A stretch of 64,000 nucleotides of DNA from a virus (Duplodnaviria; Caudoviricetes). This document shows positions 57,036 to 64,000 of the stretch, in pieces (positions within the stretch are counted from its first letter, which is position 1; every line of letters starts with the position of its first letter). The stretch is taken from positions 1 to 64,000 of the IMG/VR virus record IMGVR_UViG_2919380674_000001. One strand, 5' to 3'. The notes beneath the pieces are model-generated. The model was not told the origin of the DNA. It did not search any database and was given only the letters and a program-made list of their open reading frames with translations. The translations under genes and the position numbers were made by a program.

Positions 57036-58163
57036 TCAACATTCCTCCGGTGCCCATACGGTGAGAGCTACAGACGTGTCTGAGACCAGCTTCTTACGTG
57101 GTCGGTCAACAACAATTGCGACAGAGTGCTTGGCGCGGGTTACTGCGACGTAGAATGAACAGGCGCTTTTGTCGTCGAGCTGCTGGTTCTTAAGGCAGAA
57201 ATCCTGAATGGACTTCGTTGCGAGGATCATTACGCGTTCATAGGTGCGCCCTTTGGCGACCCCGAAGTTGATGGGGTGAAGCGCAGCTTGATCTTTCCAC
57301 GATGCTTTTGAGTGGCGCAGGATGGTTGGCGCAAAGGCGGTGTAGTAACTTTCAAGGTCTTGTTTGGCTACAAGAAAGACGCCGTTATGAGATGAGCTCT
57401 CGTGCATCAACGATATGGTTGGAGCAAATTCGAGGCTTGCAGGAAAGATGGTGTCTGAGAATTCAGCAATAGCCTGGTTGAACCGATACGTTTCGGTTTT
57501 TTCTGTGATTTGTAGACATCCTTGCTTCTCGAACGCTCGATACCAATGGACAAGGTTTTGACGGTCTGCGCCTTTGTTCCTGTTTGATGACAGGCTACTG
57601 TCGAGTAGTGATTGGCGGCTGTCTCCCACAATTAGGCATCGAACATTTTCCTGCTTGAGGAGCTGGGCGATGACATCTAAGCCGCTACGGCTGATATCCT
57701 GGGCTTCATCGATAAGTATTTCGTCATATATTTGTGAGAGACGATTCTCTACAAGGCCATTAGCCTTGAGCATGATCTGTGTGGCAAGTTCTTCCAGATG
57801 ATCTTTGTAAACGAGCCCATTTGTGGTGAAGTATCTCTGTGGGTCGGTTTTCTTTATGTACCGAATCTTTGCACGCGCTTCACCGGCATCAAAGATGAAA
57901 CCATTGATCCTCTGCTTGGGGAACGCTAAGGGCAAGTAGGGACGGACTACGTGATGTAGGAGAAAGGCGTACCAGCCTTCTATCTCGGGGAAACGTCCAG
58001 ATTGCGTAGTGCTAGTTTTAAGACGTCCTTCAATCTCGTCTTGACCGGCGAGTGTTAACGTGAGAATCAATCTCCGTGTATCGGCTTTCTCTTGTGCACA
58101 GTGGTCAATGATGTGCTGAGTCTTTCCCGACCCTGCACATGCATGAATGAAATGGTGCTTCAT
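57036..58163 (-). CDS. gajB: Gabija UvrD-like helicase
   Basis: ACAGSGKT, IDEAQD, VGDSRQ, AKGRTY, YVAVTRAK; coupled to an OLD nuclease. Confidence 0.8.
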   Translation of the reverse strand: MKHHFIHACAGSGKTQHIIDHCAQEKADTRRLILTLTLAGQDEIEGRLKTSTTQSGRFPEIEGWYAFLLHHVVRPYLPLAFPKQRINGFIFDAGEARAKIRYIKKTDPQRYFTTNGLVYKDHLEELATQIMLKANGLVENRLSQIYDEILIDEAQDISRSGLDVIAQLLKQENVRCLIVGDSRQSLLDSSLSSNRNKGADRQNLVHWYRAFEKQGCLQITEKTETYRFNQAIAEFSDTIFPASLEFAPTISLMHESSSHNGVFLVAKQDLESYYTAFAPTILRHSKASWKDQAALHPINFGVAKGRTYERVMILATKSIQDFCLKNQQLDDKSACSFYVAVTRAKHSVAIVVDRPRKKLVSDTSVALTVWAPEEC

Positions 58164-59794
58164 GGCTGCGCCTCGATTATTTTCTCGATGGCCATGAACG
58201 CTTCTTTGAAATACTCAGGTGGATTCAAGGTGTGATCCGATTCTGCGATTGCCAAAGCCGACTTAGTTTTATTTCCATTCTTTTGCATCCATAGCGCAAT
58301 GGGATCTAACCTGACATTTGGGAAAATTTGTTTCAACAAAGCGTTGTTTCCTGCGCTTTCAATTTGGGGTTCAAGCGTGTTTCCCAAGTCTGGGTGGCCG
58401 ACGAAGATGTAGCGCTTTCCTTTTTCGAGATAATCTCTAAAGCTATTTTGCCAATGCTCTATGGAATGCCCATCGTTATCTCTAAGGGCAAACAGCGGTT
58501 TGTGCAGTAATTTGGCCAGCTCGAAACATCTTTTGAAAGAGACACCGTTAACTGCCATGACATCAACTCCGCAGTCCAGAGGTTCTCGCCCGAAATAGTC
58601 ATGAAAGAACCTATTAAAGATGATTTCGTCTGATGGTCCCTCGACGACGACCATGAGGTCCGCGAGGATCAATCGAAGTGTGTCAAATCCGGAGAGTTTT
58701 TGAAAATATTGAATTGTTTCGCTTTCAAGGGACTCGAATCGAGCTGGATGCCCATTGGAGATCAAAGTGATTTGGTTGAGTCCAAGTCGGTTAAGAATAT
58801 AGGAGCTATGGGTTGTAATGAATACTTGTCGGCCGTGAGAAGCCTCTTGGATGTAGGAAATGAGCTGACGCATCCGAGTATGGCTGAGGTGATTCTCTGG
58901 TTCCTCGACAAAGATGAGACTGCTCTCATTAGCGTTTCGCCCTAACGCAAGAATCGTTTTCGCCACAGACTGGTTTCCTTGTCCTGCCATTGACAGCGGC
59001 ACGGAATCAATGTCTGGAATCAAAGTGCTTTCCCATGAAGCCGACCGTGATTGGTCGACTTGCAAACCAACCACTGCCCCAGGGATTGAGTGGCTTTCAT
59101 CACAGAGCGTGCTGTTCAACTCCTGCAGAACATCGCGGCCGAGCGTTGCACGGAGTTTTCGGTGCTCAACAGACACTTTGCTCCGGTCCTTGGAATCAAG
59201 CCGTGTCTCAAGAATTTGTCTCGTGTAATAGTTGATACCGCGTTCGGATTGGATTGTGCGACTGTCGATTAGCGAAACAATCAGGTCTTTCGGTCGACGC
59301 AAGACTGGAAATCCTGCAAAACTTAGCCATTCGACTATGTAATATTCGGCTGGCAGGATTTCAGGGCAGTCCTCTTGTTTGACATACTCGTTGAGCTCTT
59401 GCGTGTATTCGGGATCGGGATGTGCCCATATGGAGAGGCCTACAGAATCTTCGTTTGCCATGTTATTGACGCCCCGGAGCTTCTGTAGCTCTCCCTTCTC
59501 TGTATCGAAGTAAACATCGATACGGAATTCAGGAGCAGTTTGGTAATTACGGTCAAGAGGGTCTTTAGAGAAGAACTCACTCACCAGTTGTTGATTGAAC
59601 CAATACGGGTTGAGGTAATCTGTAGCTCGCGTACCATTGACGTGTCCGGTGAGTGCCAGTGTTATCGCTTCGATAAGTGTTGACTTGCCAGCTTCGTTTC
59701 CGCCAACGATGATGTTGGTTCCAGGTGTGGGTTCAAACGTAAACTCTCTGAATCTCCGATAACCAAGTATTTGTACCTTCGATAGTATTGTCAC
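58160..59794 (-). CDS. gajA: Gabija OLD-family ATPase/TOPRIM nuclease
   Basis: GGNEAGKS, AGQG, VEEPENHL, ITTHS, TOPRIM VEGPSD and RDND. Confidence 0.82.
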   Translation of the reverse strand: MTILSKVQILGYRRFREFTFEPTPGTNIIVGGNEAGKSTLIEAITLALTGHVNGTRATDYLNPYWFNQQLVSEFFSKDPLDRNYQTAPEFRIDVYFDTEKGELQKLRGVNNMANEDSVGLSIWAHPDPEYTQELNEYVKQEDCPEILPAEYYIVEWLSFAGFPVLRRPKDLIVSLIDSRTIQSERGINYYTRQILETRLDSKDRSKVSVEHRKLRATLGRDVLQELNSTLCDESHSIPGAVVGLQVDQSRSASWESTLIPDIDSVPLSMAGQGNQSVAKTILALGRNANESSLIFVEEPENHLSHTRMRQLISYIQEASHGRQVFITTHSSYILNRLGLNQITLISNGHPARFESLESETIQYFQKLSGFDTLRLILADLMVVVEGPSDEIIFNRFFHDYFGREPLDCGVDVMAVNGVSFKRCFELAKLLHKPLFALRDNDGHSIEHWQNSFRDYLEKGKRYIFVGHPDLGNTLEPQIESAGNNALLKQIFPNVRLDPIALWMQKNGNKTKSALAIAESDHTLNPPEYFKEAFMAIEKIIEAQP

Positions 59795-62763
59795 TGCGCT
59801 ACCACCTGTTTGATGAGTGCGACGATGTCGTCGTGCTTGAGCTGTGGTGCGAACTGGACGTTGATGTTCTCGTCGCTGATGGAATCGAAGAATTTCTTGG
59901 CTGCCTTGAACCGTAGCTTCTCTGACTCGCGTAGGTCGGATTGGGCGTTGACGTCTTTTGTCTCGATGACGAAGTTCAGTGACATTTTGCCGTCTGCGCC
60001 TTTGAGTACGTACATGAAGTCTGGGCTTGTAGTACCACCGAAATAGACAGGGACACGAATGGATCGCCTGGGGATCTTGCCGTAGACGACGACTTCGTCG
60101 AGCGCGTCGGAGTCTTGGATGTTGTCCTTTTCTTTCGGCGAGTCGTAGACGAACGCGTCGTAGAGGAACTTGTTTGGCACTTTCGCGCTGGTATCACGGT
60201 AGATGCCGATGTTGCCCTGGACGATGTCTCGTAGCGGCTTCCCGTCTGGTTCGGTCAGTGCTGTGGCTCCTAGTGGCGCGTCGATGCGCGTGTAGGAGAA
60301 GCGGTTGATGAACTCGCGTTGCATCCATTCATGGAACTGTGCGACGAATTTGGCGAGCGTAGCCTTATTGAAAAATTCCTCCGGCAACGGGTGCTTGGCG
60401 TTGTAGCGCACAAGACCGGCATTGATCGCCCGGATAGGCAAATAAGTCTGTAGGTAGGCAGCTTTGAGCCAGTCTCCATAGGTGAGCGTGTCATCGACGG
60501 AGAACACAGCCTTAGTTGATGCCTTTGCAACGAGCCCGCCATCATTGTCATGCTCGATTGTCTCTTGCATGAACCGCCTCACCTGAGCGGTGTAGATTCC
60601 TGAGTCCAAAATGTCGTCGATACAGCTGTCGATTTCTTGCTCAGTGAGGTTGTCGAGCCGCAGGTAATACTTGGCATTCACGGTCTCCCACAAGTCTTTA
60701 AGCTCGGCGTAACGCCCAGAGCGGATACCCACTTTGGTTTTGGTCTTGTTCGTCACCACCTTATCGGGCTTGAGTTTGCCCACATTGAACTGCGGATAAG
60801 ACTCCAACAGTTCTGATTCTCTTCCCTCAATAATGTTTTTGTCCGTATCGACAAATCCAGCCTGTAAGAGGCGAATAAACAAGTCGGTTTCTATAATTCC
60901 GAGCTCTGCCGCGACCTTGGGCAGGAGTTCCTTCACTGACGGTGTTGCCACTGTAGCGTCAGAGTTGATCTCGCCAATTAGCGCGTTTGCAAACGACTTC
61001 TCGGTGTAGTCGATCAGGTAGGTGAGGTAGAACTGTTCGTTTGCAAGCCGTGTACCGTTCACGTCTACAGGCAAGCGCAGACCGCGTCCGACTTCTTGAA
61101 GCTTGGAAATCTCTGAGCCCGAGGAACGGAGTTTGACGATCTGGAAGACGTTCGGGTTATCCCACCCCTCACGCAGCGTCCACTTCGAGAAAACGAAGCG
61201 CATCGTATTGGGTGTGCCATCCGGATTCGTGAAAGAGAGCAACGCCTGCTTGTCTCGCAGGATTTGATCAACCTCAGCTTGGATCACTTCATCACTCGAA
61301 GAATTATCCGCCGCAAAGTAGCCGCCATTCGTTGCCGTCACATCCGTCAGTGACGCACGCAGATAGGCAGCGTACTCCTTTCCGACTGTGGATGCGTCGT
61401 TCTTGTGTTCCTCAATCTGCTCGTTCAGTTTCGCGGTGAGAAGTTCATGGAACCGTGCACGCAGATGTCCTGGCCCATCCTCACCACGGTAGGATTCAAT
61501 CGAGTCGATGAAAAACAGTGTGAGTGTTTTAACCTTGGTGGAGCGACGGAAATTTTCCCACTCGGCTTCGAAGTGATTATCGAGCGCTTGTTTCATCATC
61601 AAGCTCTGGTACGTCTCTGAATACACACGGCTAGCCACAATATCGCCCGTCGCGAGGATTTGCCCGTTCGACAACGTAACACCGGATTTGATCAACGTGT
61701 TCTCGGTCTTGCCCACACCCTCAACTGTGAGACCAGCGAAATCGCCATCGACATCGCCCAGGGATTCACCTACTCGCAGCGTGATGGACTTGCCGGTATC
61801 GAGGTTATTGAACGTGACACTCTTCGGTTTTGAGCGCGACATACTAGTGAGCTTAAGCCGCACGGACTCACCGCCGTCATCTTGCGGGTACTGTATCGCC
61901 ACACCCTTAACGAGTTGCTCGTTGAACGCCTCAATCGACCCGAGGTTAAACACAAGATTGTTGTAATCCGTCGCCCCTGATTTATCTAACTTCGGGAATG
62001 TTGCACCGAACCGGAAGATAGCTTGTGGTTGGATCTGCTCAAGCAGCACTTGATAGGCCTTGTTCTCGCGGCGGAACCTGTGCGGCTCGTCAATGATCAC
62101 CACTGGGCGGGTCATCGCCAATGCCTCATACGGTTGGCTCGACATGCCCAGCACTGTATGGTCGTACACGGTTGCCATCGTCGCTTTCGACTGCAACATC
62201 CCGTCCGTCATCAACAACGCGCTAATACGGCCTTTCGCTAAGCGGGAGGTCTGCACGAAATTTGAAATCGCCGAGGGGAACATCTTGCGGCCCTTGCGTC
62301 GCTTCTGTGGATCAAGCACCTCCAGATCCAACTTATAGCGACCACCGTAGGTGTCATCAAAGTACTGGCGGGCGTAGTCCGCTTTCATGAACGACCGGGT
62401 ACCTTCTTTGATCGGCGTCGAGGGCACCAGAATGATGAACTTGTGGAACCCGTAAAGCCGGTTCAGCTCAAACATCAACTGCGTGTACACCAAGGTTTTA
62501 CCAGTACCAGTCTCCATCTTGATATCCACGCCCAGCACACCATCATCGCTGCGGGTACGCCACGCGCGCGGCACAGCCGCCACCCCGTCAACAGCCCCAG
62601 CCTGTATCTGCGCGATGTTATGTGCAATCTGCGGATTACTCACCTCAAAAACCGGATTCGCTTCCGCAGGACTAGTGAAGCTCAAATCAACACCAGCGAA
62701 TACACCAGTCGCCGCTTTCAACGCACGCTGTTGATGCTCAAGGGTTTGAAGCCTAATCTGCAT
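59791..62763 (-). CDS. res: Type III restriction endonuclease Res subunit
   Basis: METGTGKT, IIDEPH, LREGWDNPNVF, QEVGRGLR, SPDF...IETK. Confidence 0.93.
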   Translation of the reverse strand: MQIRLQTLEHQQRALKAATGVFAGVDLSFTSPAEANPVFEVSNPQIAHNIAQIQAGAVDGVAAVPRAWRTRSDDGVLGVDIKMETGTGKTLVYTQLMFELNRLYGFHKFIILVPSTPIKEGTRSFMKADYARQYFDDTYGGRYKLDLEVLDPQKRRKGRKMFPSAISNFVQTSRLAKGRISALLMTDGMLQSKATMATVYDHTVLGMSSQPYEALAMTRPVVIIDEPHRFRRENKAYQVLLEQIQPQAIFRFGATFPKLDKSGATDYNNLVFNLGSIEAFNEQLVKGVAIQYPQDDGGESVRLKLTSMSRSKPKSVTFNNLDTGKSITLRVGESLGDVDGDFAGLTVEGVGKTENTLIKSGVTLSNGQILATGDIVASRVYSETYQSLMMKQALDNHFEAEWENFRRSTKVKTLTLFFIDSIESYRGEDGPGHLRARFHELLTAKLNEQIEEHKNDASTVGKEYAAYLRASLTDVTATNGGYFAADNSSSDEVIQAEVDQILRDKQALLSFTNPDGTPNTMRFVFSKWTLREGWDNPNVFQIVKLRSSGSEISKLQEVGRGLRLPVDVNGTRLANEQFYLTYLIDYTEKSFANALIGEINSDATVATPSVKELLPKVAAELGIIETDLFIRLLQAGFVDTDKNIIEGRESELLESYPQFNVGKLKPDKVVTNKTKTKVGIRSGRYAELKDLWETVNAKYYLRLDNLTEQEIDSCIDDILDSGIYTAQVRRFMQETIEHDNDGGLVAKASTKAVFSVDDTLTYGDWLKAAYLQTYLPIRAINAGLVRYNAKHPLPEEFFNKATLAKFVAQFHEWMQREFINRFSYTRIDAPLGATALTEPDGKPLRDIVQGNIGIYRDTSAKVPNKFLYDAFVYDSPKEKDNIQDSDALDEVVVYGKIPRRSIRVPVYFGGTTSPDFMYVLKGADGKMSLNFVIETKDVNAQSDLRESEKLRFKAAKKFFDSISDENINVQFAPQLKHDDIVALIKQVVAQ

Positions 62764-62767
62764 CGCC

Positions 62768-64000
62768 CTACAGCCTCTCAATCACAGACACGATACGACC
62801 AGATTTCAGCACCGAGAGGTTTTTCTTCAACTCATGCATCACCGAAAACGTCACTGAATACCCAAACACCACAACCCGAGAAACCGCAAGATCCCCGTTC
62901 TCAAGCAGGCGAACAAGCTCCACCACGTCATCACTCGTCAAACCCGGAGAGATGATATAAGCAGAATCTCCGCACACATCCAGCTCGTAGCTCTCCAGCC
63001 GCACTTTCTCAGCAGAGGTTGTTAGCCCGTAACCGTCCTTCACCAACCACGTCGCCAACACAGTGTCATGCCCGGGCGTACCGTTCAGGTCGAATTTTGA
63101 GACATAATCCCCAGCTAGCAACGTACCGTCCTGCTTCGGATCAAACGTCAGCAGATCATCAAGAACCTGCCCAGACGGCTCCTCCAAACGATACAAGCGG
63201 AACCCATAATCAATATCCGCACCAGTCTCACCCTTAATCTTCGCAGCAGCACGCTTAATCCGCTCACGACCAATCTCGTCAATCGTGCGGTAACCAGCAT
63301 CATAAGCAGGTTTCTTAGGATCAATACACTCTGGCAATTGAACGAGAATAAAGCGACGATTACCATTATCTTCAGCGTTGAGTTGCATCAAAGCATCAGC
63401 TGTTGTTCCAGAGCCAGAGAAGAAATCCATTATCACAGCTGAGGAGTCCCAGTGGAGTGAGATTAGATATTTAACTAGAGCAGTCGGTTTTGGCTGTGAG
63501 AACACCTTATCTGAATTAAGTAGAGCCGCAAGTTCCTTTGTCCCATGGCTGTTATATCCCACGTCTTCAGTTCGCAAAAGGGCGTCGCCAGGCTGTCCTT
63601 CCTGTACTGTCCACAAGTACCGCTTAGCAGAAGGATTGCCGTCTTTGGAGAAAACAATCTGTCCGGTCGCCTCCATCGATCTGAGCGTTTCTTCTGAGTA
63701 CCTTGGGAAAGATCCTTCTGGTGCTGTCCAGATAATCCCATTCTTAAAGGTGTACGTGTACGGCTTCGCATAGTTTCGTGCGTAGATCGGATCTAATTTA
63801 TATGGCCCTTTACCGTCCTGGTCATCACGGTTGTATGCCTTTGATTTGTCGTACTTTGCGCGCAGTCGAAACCGATCGTCGCTAACGTATGTATCCCTAT
63901 TTGTGAGGCTAACTACGACAAAATCTGTATTTTCATTCATATCTTCGGAACTATTGCGAACGGTATGCAAAGCTTTTCGAGTAAGCGTTGCGACTGCATT
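62768..64000 (-). CDS. mod: Type III methyltransferase Mod subunit (5' end outside the window)
   Basis: QPKPTAL, DFFSGSGTT, RRFILVQL; frame open to the window edge. Confidence 0.92.
   Translation of the reverse strand, partial: NAVATLTRKALHTVRNSSEDMNENTDFVVVSLTNRDTYVSDDRFRLRAKYDKSKAYNRDDQDGKGPYKLDPIYARNYAKPYTYTFKNGIIWTAPEGSFPRYSEETLRSMEATGQIVFSKDGNPSAKRYLWTVQEGQPGDALLRTEDVGYNSHGTKELAALLNSDKVFSQPKPTALVKYLISLHWDSSAVIMDFFSGSGTTADALMQLNAEDNGNRRFILVQLPECIDPKKPAYDAGYRTIDEIGRERIKRAAAKIKGETGADIDYGFRLYRLEEPSGQVLDDLLTFDPKQDGTLLAGDYVSKFDLNGTPGHDTVLATWLVKDGYGLTTSAEKVRLESYELDVCGDSAYIISPGLTSDDVVELVRLLENGDLAVSRVVVFGYSVTFSVMHELKKNLSVLKSGRIVSVIERL

Noticed and set aside
62768-64000. Phase-variable mod (phasevarion)
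   Set aside because: No simple sequence repeat in the visible part; the 5' end is outside the window.
1-64000. tRNA or rRNA genes
   Set aside because: None recognised by eye; tRNAscan was not run.

Overview
High-GC, probably actinobacterial DNA (Actinomycetaceae-like; this is an inference). The window is almost entirely mobile and defence DNA. Most of it (~3.65-56.5 kb) is a near-complete HK97-type siphovirus prophage whose gene order matches the phi-m46.1/phi10394.4-like family: sigma-like factor, DUF2800, DUF2815 SSB, PolA, antirepressor, P4 primase, VRR-NUC, SNF2, HNH/cos, TerS, MetK, two methylases, TerL, head, tail, holin, endolysin, then two large serine recombinases. Its left arm carries a type II R-M pair and an ABC-three-component (Lamassu-like) operon in the position where a cI repressor is expected. 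It also carries an IS3, an IS110 whose bridge-RNA guides can be read against its own insertion site, and several morons (YbfG-like PG-binding hydrolase, bacteriocin-like/immunity pair, broken alpha/beta hydrolase). Three homologous 52-bp att-like sites (808-859, 3627-3678, 56460-56511), each followed by 20-bp-period repeat arrays, divide the window into tandem units: a 2.8-kb ABC-F cassette, the prophage, and a type III R-M plus Gabija block running off the right edge. All calls come from motif recognition by eye; no database searches were run.
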